Shown: piece after piece, positions 9,196 through 20,202 of the stretch
How the letters are laid out: each line of letters starts with the position of its first letter
Numbering within the stretch: the stretch's first letter is position 1
Assembly (NCBI GenBank): GCA_963666485.2
Contig: CAXXUO010000009.1
Coordinates: forward strand, 160,001-224,000
Direction of reading: 5' to 3'
Source: Syntrophorhabdaceae bacterium
GTDB lineage: Bacteria > Desulfobacterota > Syntrophorhabdia > Syntrophorhabdales > Syntrophorhabdaceae
Length of the DNA stretch: 64,000 nucleotides
Translations under genes and position numbers: made by a program
The notes under the pieces: model-generated
The model's database searches: none
Seen by the model: only the letters and a program-made list of their open reading frames with translations
Told to the model about the DNA's origin: nothing

Positions 9196-10453
9196 TGACA
9201 GCCTGTTTGGCCTCTCCGATGGTGTAGAGTGAACCCGTCACGAGGATCAGGCCACTGTCGCCTGCAATTTGCCGGGCCCTCGCGAGGGCACTGCGCATAT
9301 CCGTTGCTACGACGGAGTTTCGCGCAACATTTCTCAGAACGGCCGTATCGAGCGCCCGGTCCGTCCGCGGCCGCATCAGGATCGCGAGATCGATGCTGTC
9401 ATTGAGCGATTCGAGCATTTTGCGATACTCTTTGTCCCGCATAACGCCGAATATCATGACCTTCCTGCGGTCCCGGTACTGTGTGCGGATAAAATGGCGC
9501 AACGCCCGGGCCCCTGATGCATTGTGCGCCCCGTCGAATATGATAAGCGGTCTCTCCCGCACCGTTTCGAGACGGCCCTGCCATGCGACCGAGGAAAGCG
9601 CCGCCCTTATCCTGTCTTCCCCGATATCCCAGCCGAGCCCGTCGAGAACGTCCACGGCACACAGGGCAACCGCGGCATTTGACAGTTGGTGATCGCCGCT
9701 CAAATTAACGAAAAGGTCTTTCATTGTGTGCTTCAGGCCCCGGTACGACATCCGGTTCCGGCCGGATTTCCTGAACGAAAAGTCCCTGCCGAGGACGTGC
9801 ACGGTGCTCCCGTTATCGCCGGCCGTCTTCTCGACGACCTCGCGGGCCTTGCGCCGGGCACCCGTGATAACGGGTATTCCCTTTTTGATAATGCCGGCTT
9901 TTTCGCCCGCAATCTCCGTTATCGTCCCGCCTAATTCTCTCATATGATCAAATGAGATGTTTGTTATCACGCTTACGATGGGTTCGAGCACGTTCGTCGA
10001 GTCGAGCCGGCCCCCGAGCCCCGTTTCAACGACCGCAATGTGGACTTTCTTCCGCCTGAAATACTCGAATGCCATTGCGGTGGTAAAGTCAAAGAAGGTG
10101 TAGAAACCCCCGGGATACTCCCGGGCAGCACGTTCTCTTATGTGGCCGGTGAGCAAGGCCACATCTTTTTCCGTTATCTCTTCCTCGTTTACCGTGATGC
10201 GTTCCGTAAACGAAACGAGGTGGGGCGACGTGTATTTGCCGACGCGATACCCGGCCTCCTTCAGGATGCAGGAGATCATCGTCGCAACAGATCCCTTGCC
10301 GTTCGTCCCCGCAATGTGTATCGACCGGAACGACCGGTGTGGGTCACCCAGGGACCCGAGGAGCCTCGTTATATTGTCGAGCCCGAAAACTGAGCCGAAT
10401 TTTTCAAGGCCGTATAGATATCCTAAAGAGTCTTCATAGCCGGGGTCATTCAT
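9182..10453 (-). CDS. folC: Folylpolyglutamate synthase/dihydrofolate synthase
   Basis: HIAGTNGKGS, YTSPHL, ETGLGGRLDSTN, DGAHN, VTGSLY. Confidence 0.95.
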   Translation of the reverse strand: MNDPGYEDSLGYLYGLEKFGSVFGLDNITRLLGSLGDPHRSFRSIHIAGTNGKGSVATMISCILKEAGYRVGKYTSPHLVSFTERITVNEEEITEKDVALLTGHIRERAAREYPGGFYTFFDFTTAMAFEYFRRKKVHIAVVETGLGGRLDSTNVLEPIVSVITNISFDHMRELGGTITEIAGEKAGIIKKGIPVITGARRKAREVVEKTAGDNGSTVHVLGRDFSFRKSGRNRMSYRGLKHTMKDLFVNLSGDHQLSNAAVALCAVDVLDGLGWDIGEDRIRAALSSVAWQGRLETVRERPLIIFDGAHNASGARALRHFIRTQYRDRRKVMIFGVMRDKEYRKMLESLNDSIDLAILMRPRTDRALDTAVLRNVARNSVVATDMRSALARARQIAGDSGLILVTGSLYTIGEAKQAVNDIF

Positions 10454-11313
10454 GTAATCAGGGAGAGCAGGGTATAGAGTGTCTGCTTGAGCTCCTTCCG
10501 GGACGAGATCATGTCGATCATGCCATGCTCAAGCAGGTATTCTGCCCGTTGGAACCCCGGCGGCAACTTCGCCTTTATCGTTTCCTTGATGACCCTCTCC
10601 CCGGCAAAGCCTATCATCGCTTTTGGCTCAGCAATTATGATATCGCCGAGCATCCCCATGCTCGCGGATACCCCCCCGAGGGTGGGGTCGGTAAGTATCG
10701 TTATGTAGGGCACGTTGCTGCTCTTGAGGTTATAGATCGCGCCGGAGACCTTCGACATCTGCATCAGTGACATGATGCCTTCCTGCATCCTTGCGCCGCC
10801 GGAGGAGCAGAAAAGAATGACGGGCAGCTTCTGTTTCGCCCCTTCTTCGAGGATACGGGTGATCTTTTCTCCGACAACGCTCCCGAGGCTGCCGCCCATG
10901 AAACTGAAATCGAAGATGGCCGTCAGGACGGGAATACCCCCTATTTTAGCGCTTCCGCAAACAAGCGCATCCCGCCGGCTGGACGTCTCCTGGGTCTCCG
11001 CAAGTCTTACTTTGTATGGCTTTGTATCTTTAAACTTGAGAAAATCGACGGGCTCGACACGCTCATAAAATTCGGTGAAACTGCCTTTATCAAAGGTAAG
11101 TGCGATCCTGTTATCAACCGATATCGGAAAATGGTAGAAACACTTCGGGCAGACGTGCCGGTTCCGTTCAACCTCTTTCCTGTACAGGAGTTCCTGGCAG
11201 GAATTGCATTTTCTCCAGAGGGACTCTTCTTTTTCCGCTTTCGCGATCTCTTTCTGGATATCTATTTCACGGTAGGGCTTCTTGTCTTTATCCCGTTTTT
11301 TGAATAATCCCAT
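10450..11313 (-). CDS. accD: Acetyl-CoA carboxylase carboxyltransferase beta subunit
   Basis: WRKCNSC...CPKC zinc ribbon, FMGGSLGSVVGEK, SGGARMQEG, FQRAEYLLEHG. Confidence 0.95.
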   Translation of the reverse strand: MGLFKKRDKDKKPYREIDIQKEIAKAEKEESLWRKCNSCQELLYRKEVERNRHVCPKCFYHFPISVDNRIALTFDKGSFTEFYERVEPVDFLKFKDTKPYKVRLAETQETSSRRDALVCGSAKIGGIPVLTAIFDFSFMGGSLGSVVGEKITRILEEGAKQKLPVILFCSSGGARMQEGIMSLMQMSKVSGAIYNLKSSNVPYITILTDPTLGGVSASMGMLGDIIIAEPKAMIGFAGERVIKETIKAKLPPGFQRAEYLLEHGMIDMISSRKELKQTLYTLLSLIT

Positions 11314-11357
11314 TACTTTTCCTGTTGAATTTTTGCTAGAAAACTACCAAAATAAGT

Positions 11358-11987
11358 ATGTATATGTCAATAGAAAGGGTCACCATAGGCTCCGACAACG
11401 ACCTTGAAGGGATGCTCCGTTTTCAGAGCAAAAAGGCGGGCGTGGTCATTTGCCACCCTCATCCCCTCTATGGCGGCAACATGTACAATAATGTCGTAAG
11501 CGCCATTGAGGACGGGTACTCGGCACAGGGTTTCAGCACGCTCATATTCAATTTCCGGGGGGTCGGGAACTCCCGGGGAGAATACGACGAGGGCGAGGGC
11601 GAGGTCACGGACGCAACGGCCGCGTATAAATACCTCGCGAAGCATCTCGACGATGATGCCAGGATCACGCTGGCAGGCTATTCTTTCGGCGCCTGGGTCA
11701 TCTCCCGGTCAGCCCTCGAGATAGAGCGTTTTGACAGTCTTTTTCTCGTTTCCTTCCCCTGCCTGATATACAAGTACGAACATCTCATGAATTTCAACAA
11801 GGAGATCATCATTGTCGGCGGGACATACGATGACATCGCGCCGATGGACGACCTCTACGAGCTTTACCAGCACCTGCCCACAAAAGACAAACATCTCAAG
11901 GTCATAAATACCACCCATTTCTATGCAGGCAAAGAAATAGAACTTATAGATTTCATAAAGGAAACAATACCAAAGATCAGGCGATAG
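11358..11987 (+). CDS. Alpha/beta hydrolase
   Basis: CHPHPLYGGNM, FNFRGVG, AGYSFG nucleophile elbow. Confidence 0.88.
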   Translation: MYMSIERVTIGSDNDLEGMLRFQSKKAGVVICHPHPLYGGNMYNNVVSAIEDGYSAQGFSTLIFNFRGVGNSRGEYDEGEGEVTDATAAYKYLAKHLDDDARITLAGYSFGAWVISRSALEIERFDSLFLVSFPCLIYKYEHLMNFNKEIIIVGGTYDDIAPMDDLYELYQHLPTKDKHLKVINTTHFYAGKEIELIDFIKETIPKIRR

Positions 11988-12094
11988 GCGATGGGCAATA
12001 GGCGATGGGGGCCCCCTCTTCATCTTATGACCCATTACCGATCTGCTCGTATTTTCGCCACCTATCGCCCATCGCCCATCGCCCATCGCCCATC
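11980..12094. repeat. Inverted heptamer-array cassette, family A
   Basis: GGCGATA GGCGATG GGCAATA GGCGATG (11980-12007) ... CCTATCG (CCCATCG)3 CCCATC (12061-12094); first unit supplies the hydrolase stop. Confidence 0.93.
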
Positions 12095-12258
12095 TTCTTG
12101 AATACATACCCTCTTTTGTGTTAACTTGCTATGTAGAATCCTGCGGGTTACGACAGTTACGAAAACTGTAAAGACAGTGATCTCCCCATTACAATACATG
12201 ATGTCGTAAGCTGCCAACCGGCAAGGATTACTCTTGATTTCAGCAAGGACCGCCCGTT

Positions 12259-15015
12259 ATGGACTATAAAGATACTTTGAATCTTCCAAAAACCCCTTTT
12301 CCGATGAGAGGGAACCTCCCGGTCAAGGAAAAAGATCTGCTTGCACGCTGGCAGGAGATAGAACTCTATAAAAAACTGGTCGAGGCCGGCAAAGATAAAC
12401 CGAAATTCATCCTTCACGACGGGCCTCCGTACGCCAACGGCAATATCCACCTCGGCACGGCCCTTAACAAGATCCTCAAGGACATTATCGTCAAGTCGAA
12501 GTTCATGATGGGTTACAGGGCGGATTACGTCCCCGGCTGGGACTGCCACGGCCTTCCCATAGAGCACCAGGTGGAGAAGAACGTGAAGCAAAAAAAACTC
12601 GAGCTTTCCAAGCTCGAGACCCGCAGGGAGTGCCGGGACTACGCCCGGGGATTCATCGACATCCAACGGGAGGAATTCAAAAGGCTCGGCGGGATCGGCG
12701 ACTGGGACCACCCGTATATAACCATGGATTTCGATTACCAGGCGACGATCATCGAAGAGGCTGCGAAATTCTTCCTGCGGGGCGAGGTGTACCGGAAAAA
12801 GAAACCGGTCCACTGGTGCGTGAGCTGCATGACGGCGCTTGCGGAGGCCGAGATCGAGTATGACAACAAGAAGTCCAGCTCCATATACGTAAAATTTCCT
12901 TATACGGGTGACCGCTCGCCCGTTTTCGAAGGCTACCCGGATAAGCCCATCTACATGCTCATCTGGACGACCACCCCGTGGACACTCCCCGCAAACCTCG
13001 CGATAGCGATACATCCTGATTTCACATATGTCGCCGTCGAAACCGATAAAGAGATATTTATCGCCCTCAAGGACCTCGTCGAGGACATCATGGGGCGGGC
13101 GGGAATATCCGGATATCGCATCATAGGGGAGATCTCGCCCCAGGTGCTCAAGGGGCTTACTTTCAAACACCCGTTCATCGACAGGCAATCGGTCATCGTT
13201 TTTGCTGACTATGTCGCGGCCGATACCGGTACGGGCTCGGTCCACACCGCTCCCGGCCACGGGGAGGAAGACTACGAGACCGGCCTCGAATATGGCCTTG
13301 ACATTTATTCCCCGGTCAATGAAAAGGGCGCATTCATCGACGAAGTGGAGTTTTTCAAGGGTATGAACGTGTTCGATGCCAATCCGAAGGTCATCGAGAA
13401 GCTGAAAGAGCTCGGGCTTCTTTTGCATACAGAGGAGATAGAGCATTCATACCCGCATTGCTGGCGCTGCAAAAAACCCGTCATTTTCCGGGCAACCGAA
13501 CAATGGTTCGTTTCCATGGACAGCCATGGCTTGAGGCAAAAAGGGCTTGCCGAGGTCGACAGGACGCGCTGGATCCCCTCATGGGGGCGCGACCGGATAT
13601 ATAACATGTTATCAATGCGCCCCGACTGGTGCATCTCGCGTCAGCGCACGTGGGGCATCCCGATCACGATATTCTATTGCGAAAAATGCCGTGAACCCTT
13701 CTGGAGCGAAGAATCGTTCGCAAAGGTCGTGTCGGCTGTCAGGGAATCAGGCGCCGACGTATGGTTCGACAAGGATGCCGGTCATTTCCTGCCGGAAGGG
13801 ACGAAATGCAGCCGCTGCGGCAACACGGGCTTCTCGAAGGAAATGGACATTCTCGACGTCTGGTTCGATTCCGGGGTGAGCTGGGCGGCCGTCTGCAAAA
13901 AAAGGCCGGAGCTCGCATACCCTGCCGACCTGTACCTCGAGGGCAGCGACCAGCACCGCGGATGGTTCCACAGTTCGCTCCTCACATCTGTCGCCAACGA
14001 AGGCCACGCGCCCTATAAAGCGGTTTTGACGCACGGGTTCGTCGTGGACGGGTCGGGCCGGAAAATGTCGAAATCACTGGGCAACGTCATTGTCCCCAAC
14101 GAGATCATCGACAAGTTCGGCGCGGAAATATTGAGGCTCTGGGTAACGTACGAGGATTACCGTGACGATATAAAGATCTCGAAGGATATTATCAACAGGC
14201 TCATCGAGACATACCGCCGGATCAGGAATACCCTGCGGTTCCTGCATGCCAATATCAACGACGATTTCGAGCCCGGCCGGGACAGTGTGCCGTATGAAAA
14301 GATGTCGCTCCTCGACAAATGGCTCCTGTCGCGGCTCATGAGGCTTATCGAACGCGTCGGCGATTCGTACAACAATTACACATTCCATGCCATCTACCAT
14401 GCCATTCACAATTTCTGCACGGTCGACTTAAGCGCGCTCTACCTCGACATCGTCAAGGACAGGATATACGTAGAGTACAAGGATGCCGGAAAAAGACGGG
14501 CGTCGCAGACGGTCGTATACCAGACATTGATAGCGCTCGTAAAATTGATAGCCCCCGTCCTTTCCACGACCGCCGACGAGATGTGGTCGTATCTCAAGGG
14601 ATACGTGCCGGAAGAAAGCGTGTTCCTCGCGCCTTTCCCGACCGCGGACAAGAACCTTATCGACAGCTCGATCGAAGAATTGTGGGACAGGGTCTGGAAG
14701 GTCCGGGAGTTGGCCAACAAGAAGATCGAAGAGAAACGTACCGCGAAAGAGATCGGCCATTCCCTCGATACGAAGATAATTATCGATGCCCCGGCCGAGG
14801 ACCTTAAAGCCCTTCGCGAACTCGGGGACGAGCTCAAAGATGTTTTCATCGTTTCGCAGATAGAGATACGCGAGGCACAAGAGCTCGACGTGACAGTGGT
14901 GCGGGCGGAAGGCGAAAAATGTGAGCGCTGCTGGCAATATGATACGAACATTTTGAAGGACGGGAAATTCCCGAACGTGTGCAAGCGATGCGCAGATACG
15001 CTTTCCTTGCTCTGA
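12259..15015 (+). CDS. ileS: Isoleucine--tRNA ligase
   Basis: [14 protein letters not shown] (HIGH-equivalent), [14 protein letters not shown]-terminal CERCW...CKRC zinc finger. Confidence 0.97.
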   Translation: MDYKDTLNLPKTPFPMRGNLPVKEKDLLARWQEIELYKKLVEAGKDKPKFILHDGPPYANGNIHLGTALNKILKDIIVKSKFMMGYRADYVPGWDCHGLPIEHQVEKNVKQKKLELSKLETRRECRDYARGFIDIQREEFKRLGGIGDWDHPYITMDFDYQATIIEEAAKFFLRGEVYRKKKPVHWCVSCMTALAEAEIEYDNKKSSSIYVKFPYTGDRSPVFEGYPDKPIYMLIWTTTPWTLPANLAIAIHPDFTYVAVETDKEIFIALKDLVEDIMGRAGISGYRIIGEISPQVLKGLTFKHPFIDRQSVIVFADYVAADTGTGSVHTAPGHGEEDYETGLEYGLDIYSPVNEKGAFIDEVEFFKGMNVFDANPKVIEKLKELGLLLHTEEIEHSYPHCWRCKKPVIFRATEQWFVSMDSHGLRQKGLAEVDRTRWIPSWGRDRIYNMLSMRPDWCISRQRTWGIPITIFYCEKCREPFWSEESFAKVVSAVRESGADVWFDKDAGHFLPEGTKCSRCGNTGFSKEMDILDVWFDSGVSWAAVCKKRPELAYPADLYLEGSDQHRGWFHSSLLTSVANEGHAPYKAVLTHGFVVDGSGRKMSKSLGNVIVPNEIIDKFGAEILRLWVTYEDYRDDIKISKDIINRLIETYRRIRNTLRFLHANINDDFEPGRDSVPYEKMSLLDKWLLSRLMRLIERVGDSYNNYTFHAIYHAIHNFCTVDLSALYLDIVKDRIYVEYKDAGKRRASQTVVYQTLIALVKLIAPVLSTTADEMWSYLKGYVPEESVFLAPFPTADKNLIDSSIEELWDRVWKVRELANKKIEEKRTAKEIGHSLDTKIIIDAPAEDLKALRELGDELKDVFIVSQIEIREAQELDVTVVRAEGEKCERCWQYDTNILKDGKFPNVCKRCADTLSLL

Positions 15016-15464
15016 TCCCCATCCTTTTTGCGCTCGACAGGGTGACGAAATATATCATCATGCAGGACCTCCCCATAATGGGCGAGGTCAAGATCACATC
15101 TTTCTTTTCGATAGTGCACGTCAGGAACTTAGGCGGAGTCTTCGGCATACTTAACCAGGGCGGATACGCCAAATACCTGTTCCTCGTCGTCCCGTCCCTT
15201 GTGGCGATCGTACTCATATATATATTGATACGGTATACGATGAGCGATGCCAGAACGCTGGCATTGTCCCTTGTGCTTGCCGGGGCCCTCGGCAACATCT
15301 ACGACAGGTTCTTCTACGGCAGTGTCGTTGATTTTCTCGATTTCTATTACGGAAGGCATCACTGGCCGGCGTTCAATGTCGCCGATATCGCGGTCTCGGT
15401 CGGTATCGGCCTTATCGTGCTCCTCGAGATCATTGCCGGAAAAAAACCCCAACACGGAAGCTGA
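14988..15464 (+). CDS. lspA: Lipoprotein signal peptidase II
   Basis: [25 protein letters not shown]; follows and overlaps ileS. Confidence 0.93.
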   Translation: MRRYAFLALIPILFALDRVTKYIIMQDLPIMGEVKITSFFSIVHVRNLGGVFGILNQGGYAKYLFLVVPSLVAIVLIYILIRYTMSDARTLALSLVLAGALGNIYDRFFYGSVVDFLDFYYGRHHWPAFNVADIAVSVGIGLIVLLEIIAGKKPQHGS

Positions 15465-15488
15465 CATTTCAGCGTCCTTTACATCACT

Positions 15489-15719
15489 ATGGATGACCTC
15501 TTAAACGAGGAACGCAAGATACGCAGGCTTCGGTTTGTCGTAGATTTTGCGCTTGAATTTATACGGACGCAGGACATACCCCACGAAACAGCCATCGGGA
15601 TAATAGAAGGTGTCCGCAAGCAGGCCTTAAGGCTCTTCCCCGGAAAAGAAGAGACATTCGATCTGGTCTACGCGCCACGGTTTAAAAGGTTGTTGAATGA
15701 GAAATATAAAAGAAGCTAA
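15489..15719 (+). CDS. Small hypothetical protein
   Basis: 76 aa ORF co-oriented after lspA with protein-like composition. Confidence 0.7.
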   Translation: MDDLLNEERKIRRLRFVVDFALEFIRTQDIPHETAIGIIEGVRKQALRLFPGKEETFDLVYAPRFKRLLNEKYKRS

Positions 15720-15796
15720 GCTATGGGCGATTGGCTATAGGTGATAGGGTGATTTGCGTGTTTTCCTATAGCCCATTGCCCATTGCCTGTCGCCCG
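15719..15796. repeat. Inverted heptamer-array cassette, family A (degenerate)
   Basis: AGCTATG GGCGATT GGCTATA GGTGATA ... CCTATAG CCCATTG CCCATTG CCTGTCG; convergent junction. Confidence 0.88.
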
Positions 15797-15800
15797 TTTC

Positions 15801-16916
15801 TTATTTAAATATTTTCTTAAACCCCTCCTTTATCCCTTCCCCGACCTTCTTCGTCCCCTCCGTGCCGACACCGAAGATGGAGCCTCCGATATCCTTGACT
15901 GAAATGCCCAGTTTGTCGGCAATACCGAATGACAGTTTCGCCATGAAATTTTCGGCTATATTGAATTTCGGGTTGTCGAGGTCCCCTGACACGACAAAAT
16001 CGATGGGCAGCTGATCCCCGCTTTTTTTCATGAATCCAAGGACCGTCGATGCCGGGACGCCCATGAACTGGTCCCCGAAGCCGGACCCGGTCTCGAGCTC
16101 GAGGCTCTTTATTACCGCGTGACCTGGCGCGTTGATCTTCCGCTTCACGACCTTCGCCCGCACGTCAAGGTCCATAAACCCCCTTTTGACATGGACGCTT
16201 TTCGCCTGCTTGTCATAGTACGGCTTGAAATGCGTTATATCGAGGTTCCTGACATTCGACACCGACTCTACATCCTGGGAAGCGAATTTTATACTGCCTT
16301 CGCTTTTTATGCTGGCGGTGCTTTTGCCTGTCGGGACATGGGCCTGAAAAGAATATTTCGTGGGATCGTTTGTAAAGGGGAAAGTAAGACGGTCCATCTT
16401 CATGTTTATATCCCGTACCTTCGTCAGCACAGGCACACGGGGCGTCTTCCGATCGAGATAATCCACGGCACCATCAACGATCTCGATCTTTTCAAACGTG
16501 ACCGGTCCAACCGGCGCCTCTTTCCTGGACGGTTTTTTTTCGTCACCGGGGAATGCGGGGCTTATGAGATTACCCTTGTTGTCAACCTCGACATACATAT
16601 ACGGCTTTTCAAGCTTCAGGCTCGAGATTATGTACTTCTCCCGGAAGATGTTCATGAAATCCCCGCGCACCATGAGTTCCCCGACATGGATCACCTCTTT
16701 CCCTGTCTTGTTCTTCATGACAACATTCCTGGCACGGACACTCCCCCATTTGATATCGATGCTCTCGATCGAAAAGTCCTTCCCCAGCACTTTTTCAACG
16801 CCAGCCTTCGCGATAACGTTGGCATACCTGAGCAACGCCAGACCGGTAATGATAGATACACAGACAAAGATCGCTACCAGTATCAGGGTAATTTTCGATC
16901 TTCGTGTCATGTTCAC
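15801..16916 (-). CDS. DUF748/AsmA-like membrane-anchored protein
   Basis: N-terminal TM helix, beta-rich body, VSGDLDNPKF C-terminal motif. Confidence 0.7.
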   Translation of the reverse strand: MNMTRRSKITLILVAIFVCVSIITGLALLRYANVIAKAGVEKVLGKDFSIESIDIKWGSVRARNVVMKNKTGKEVIHVGELMVRGDFMNIFREKYIISSLKLEKPYMYVEVDNKGNLISPAFPGDEKKPSRKEAPVGPVTFEKIEIVDGAVDYLDRKTPRVPVLTKVRDINMKMDRLTFPFTNDPTKYSFQAHVPTGKSTASIKSEGSIKFASQDVESVSNVRNLDITHFKPYYDKQAKSVHVKRGFMDLDVRAKVVKRKINAPGHAVIKSLELETGSGFGDQFMGVPASTVLGFMKKSGDQLPIDFVVSGDLDNPKFNIAENFMAKLSFGIADKLGISVKDIGGSIFGVGTEGTKKVGEGIKEGFKKIFK

Positions 16917-16997
16917 ATCCTGCGGAGAATATTCTATACTAATTTAAGTATACAGCACCGAATGAGAGAATCAAGATTCCGGTCAAGGAGGACACCG

Positions 16998-17312
16998 ATG
17001 TCGATATTATTTGAGTTTGCCATGTTCCCCACCGATAAAGGCGAAAGCGTAAGCCCGTATGTTTCCCGGCTTCTCACCGTTATTGACGACAGCGCCGCCG
17101 AATACAGGCTCACCCCCATGGGAACAATAGTGGAAGTGGAAACGATGGACGAGGCTTTGTCGATCATCAAGAAATGCTACGAACAACTTGAGCCCGATTG
17201 TGCCCGGATCTATTCGGCCGTCAAGTTCGATATCCGGAAAGGCCCCATCGGGAGAATGGAAGGGAAAGTGGCATCCGTTGAGGCGAAAGCGGGAAGGAAG
17301 CTGAAAAAATAA
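16998..17312 (+). CDS. MTH1187/YkoF-family thiamine-binding protein
   Basis: MSILFEFAMFP...SVSPYV...YRLTPMGTIVE...KVASVE; AAGGAGG SD. The longer listed ORF (16119) is antisense shadow. Confidence 0.85.
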   Translation: MSILFEFAMFPTDKGESVSPYVSRLLTVIDDSAAEYRLTPMGTIVEVETMDEALSIIKKCYEQLEPDCARIYSAVKFDIRKGPIGRMEGKVASVEAKAGRKLKK

Positions 17313-17315
17313 TGT

Positions 17316-17412
17316 TAAAAAGGGTTCAAAGTTCAAGGTTCAAGGTAAAAACTCATCCTCGCCTTTTCTTTGAACCTTGAACCTTGAACCTTGAACTTTG
17401 AACCATTTTTTA
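17316..17412. repeat. Inverted heptamer-array cassette, family C (GGTTCAA ... TTGAACC)
   Basis: TAAAAAG (RGTTCAA)3 GGTAAAA ... (TTGAACY)5 ATTTTTTA. Confidence 0.93.
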
Positions 17413-17474
17413 TTGACAGTCCTGCACGATGAAAGCTTAAAATAAAACAAAGTTATAAAAGCAGGAGGTGTTTT

Positions 17475-18101
17475 ATTCCTAAGATCTTCACGCCGTCAAA
17501 GGTGATCGCTATCGGCCTTAATTATCGCGACCACGCAAAAGAGCTCAATATGCCGATCCCCGATTACCCTATCGTCTTCATGAAACCCCCGACATCCGTG
17601 ATTGAGGATGGCGATGACATCATCTATCCTTCCCAGACGAAGGAGCTTCATTACGAAGGCGAGCTCGGCATTGTCATCGCAGGGCAGGCAAAGAATGTTT
17701 CCGCCCCGGATGCCCACCGGTACATTGCGGGATTTACATGCGCCAACGATGTGACGGCACGCGACCTGCAGCGCATGGATGGGCAGTGGACGCGGGCGAA
17801 GTCCTTTGACACGTTCTGCCCTCTGGGGCCGCGGATCGTTAAAGACATAGACCCGCAGAACCTCGGGATCGAGACCCGGGTCAACGGGCAGGTGCGGCAA
17901 CGCTCGACCACGGCCAATATGATATTCAGCGTTTACGAGCTCGTCGCATTCGTTTCGGGGATCATGACGCTCCTGCCGGGAGACGTTATAATAACGGGGA
18001 CCCCGCCGGGCGTCGGCCCCCTTGATCCCGGGGACATCGTCGAGATAGATATAGAGAACATAGGAGTGCTGAAAAATAAGGTCCGCCCGGCCGAACTGTA
18101 A
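17475..18101 (+). CDS. Fumarylacetoacetate hydrolase family protein (candidate ATT start)
   Basis: PSKVIAIGLNY, FMKPP, YEGEL, NDVTARDLQ, KSFDTFCPLGP, TGTPPGVG; the conserved motif begins upstream of GTG 17502. Confidence 0.88.
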   Translation: MPKIFTPSKVIAIGLNYRDHAKELNMPIPDYPIVFMKPPTSVIEDGDDIIYPSQTKELHYEGELGIVIAGQAKNVSAPDAHRYIAGFTCANDVTARDLQRMDGQWTRAKSFDTFCPLGPRIVKDIDPQNLGIETRVNGQVRQRSTTANMIFSVYELVAFVSGIMTLLPGDVIITGTPPGVGPLDPGDIVEIDIENIGVLKNKVRPAEL

Positions 18102-18135
18102 ATAAAGCCCGGCGGCATAGCCTAAAGGAGCGCAT

Positions 18136-18465
18136 ATGGAGAACATCACATTCGATGATTTCATCAAGATCGACCTCAGGGTTGCCGAGATCAAGGCCTG
18201 CGAGGATATCGAAGGAGCAGACAAGCTGTATAAACTGACGATTGACGCAGGCGAAGAGAGGACGATCGCGGCGGGGATCAAGCAGTATTACTCAAAAGAA
18301 GAACTGATCGGAAAAAAGATCGCCATTGTGGCCAACCTGGAGCCACGCAAATTACGGGGGGTCATGTCGCACGGCATGCTCCTCGCGGCTTCGACGGATG
18401 ACCGGTCCTCGATCGTGCTTCTCACCCTCGACAAAGACATCCCGAACGGAAGCAAGATCTCGTAA
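18136..18465 (+). CDS. tRNA-binding OB-fold protein (MetG C-terminal/Trbp111/CsaA-like)
   Basis: ITFDDFIKIDLRVAEI, GADKLYKL, VANLEPRKLRGVMSHGMLLAA. Confidence 0.9.
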   Translation: MENITFDDFIKIDLRVAEIKACEDIEGADKLYKLTIDAGEERTIAAGIKQYYSKEELIGKKIAIVANLEPRKLRGVMSHGMLLAASTDDRSSIVLLTLDKDIPNGSKIS

Positions 18466-18471
18466 GCAGGG

Positions 18472-20091
18472 ATGACCCCGTACATATTCCTTTTCCTGGC
18501 AGGCCTCGCCCTCTTTCTCCTGGGCATGGTGAAGCTCAGCGAACAGATGCAGCGCGTGTTCAGCTCGCGCATCCGGGAATATATCCGCATTTCGGTCAGG
18601 AAACCTTTTTACGGCCTCATCATGGGGCTTGTCACAACGATATTCTTCCAGAGCTCCTCTGCCGCAACATTGCTGACAATGGGACTTGTCAGCGCGGGGC
18701 TCGTCAGCTTTTACCATTCCCTCGGCATAATCCTCGGCGCCGATATCGGCACGACACTCACCATACAGCTCGTCGTCTGGAAGGTGACGGATATATCTCC
18801 CGTGCTTCTCATCGCCGGCATCGGCCTCTATTTCACGGGGAAAGATCGCCTGAAGACGATCGGCGAAGCGCTGCTTTATTTTGGGACGATCTTCTACGGA
18901 TTGAGCCTCATCGGGCAGGCATCCGCTCCCCTCAAAGACAGCCCGGCCTTTGTGTCCTATTTCCTCTCGGCACATCACCCGATAATAGGATTTTTGATAG
19001 GCCTTGTCTTCACCGCGATCGTCCACGCCTCGGCGATTCCCATCAGCATGCTTGTCATGCTCGGGATACAGGGGCTGATATCGATCGACAATGCCCTGCC
19101 GATCGTTATCGGTGCGAACGTCGGCACCACCGTCACCGCCCTTATGGGCTCGATAGCCAGCGACATAAACGGGAAAAGGACGGCCCTTGCCCACCTCATA
19201 TTCAAATGCTCCGGGGCCCTGGTATCGATGCTCCTTCTTGCGCAGTTCATAGGCCTTCTCAAGGCCGCCTCGCCCAATATCGCGCAGCAGGTCGCATTCG
19301 GCCATTTCATCTTCAACTTCGTCATTGTCGTGATCTTCATCTGGGTCCTGAGACCGTTCTCACAACTCGTTCTCCGGATACTCCCCGGCGAGCAGGAGGT
19401 CATACCCCTGTGGCCGGAATACCTGCAGACCCGGTACCTGGCCGAACCGCGCAAGGCGCTCGTATGCGTCAGGAACGAACTCAAGCGGCAGATCGTCCTG
19501 TCAGAAAAGATGTGCCGTACAGCGCTCGAGCAGTACATCACGTTCAAGACGGTCAAGCAGCGCAACGTCATGTACATGGAACTTGTCATGGACAATCTCC
19601 AGGCCGAGATCACGAAATATCTCTGGGGCATATCCTGCGGGGCATTGTCCGAACCCCTGACCCGGCAGCTCTTTGCGTATTCGTCCTTTGCCTGCGACAT
19701 CGAAAGGATAGGCGACCGGTCGGTCAATCTTGCCGAACTGGCGGAACAGAAAACGCGCAGGAAGGGACATTTTACCCCCGCCGCCAATGAGGAGCTCCGT
19801 ACGATAGGGACCCTGGTGCTCGAGAACCTGAATGATGCAATAAAGCTCATAGATGAGAAAAATATCGATGTCATCCGCGTTATCATGGAGCGCGAACGCA
19901 GGATAGACGTTAAAATAAAAAATGCGATAGGGGCCCACCTTGAAAGGTTTTACAAGAAAATGTGCGTTGCCGAGGCGGGCCCTATATATGTCGACGTGCT
20001 CGTCAATCTCGAGAGGATATCCGACCACTGCAGGCTGATCGCCCAGCTCACAAACGAATTGGAAGAAAATTTGCTCGACGATAAGCAATAG
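18472..20091 (+). CDS. Na/Pi cotransporter family protein with C-terminal PhoU domains
   Basis: FQSSSAAT, ILGADIGTT, IGANVGTT; PhoU DIERIGD and NLERISDH. Confidence 0.9.
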   Translation: MTPYIFLFLAGLALFLLGMVKLSEQMQRVFSSRIREYIRISVRKPFYGLIMGLVTTIFFQSSSAATLLTMGLVSAGLVSFYHSLGIILGADIGTTLTIQLVVWKVTDISPVLLIAGIGLYFTGKDRLKTIGEALLYFGTIFYGLSLIGQASAPLKDSPAFVSYFLSAHHPIIGFLIGLVFTAIVHASAIPISMLVMLGIQGLISIDNALPIVIGANVGTTVTALMGSIASDINGKRTALAHLIFKCSGALVSMLLLAQFIGLLKAASPNIAQQVAFGHFIFNFVIVVIFIWVLRPFSQLVLRILPGEQEVIPLWPEYLQTRYLAEPRKALVCVRNELKRQIVLSEKMCRTALEQYITFKTVKQRNVMYMELVMDNLQAEITKYLWGISCGALSEPLTRQLFAYSSFACDIERIGDRSVNLAELAEQKTRRKGHFTPAANEELRTIGTLVLENLNDAIKLIDEKNIDVIRVIMERERRIDVKIKNAIGAHLERFYKKMCVAEAGPIYVDVLVNLERISDHCRLIAQLTNELEENLLDDKQ

Positions 20092-20164
20092 GCTACGGGC
20101 GATAGGCGATGAGATCGCTAAAAAAGAAGTGTTCCTATAGCCCATTGCCTATCGCCTATCGCCC
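20077..20164. repeat. Inverted heptamer-array cassette, family A
   Basis: GACGATA AGCAATA GGCTACG GGCGATA GGCGATG ... CCTATAG CCCATTG CCTATCG CCTATCG; overlaps the stop of the Na/Pi gene. Confidence 0.9.
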
Positions 20165-20202
20165 CGTTTCTTTGTTATAATACCTTAATAAGGAGGATAC
20201 CC

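Noticed and set aside
12259..12480. IleRS signature reads HLGT instead of HIGH
   Set aside because: Within the variation I expect for IleRS; no basis for inferring mupirocin resistance or loss of function.
12157..13446. 429-aa minus-strand ORF and other long antisense ORFs (16119-16997, 18352-19305, 39510-40484, 58167-59249)
   Set aside because: Shadows of well-supported genes on the opposite strand, with no recognisable motifs.
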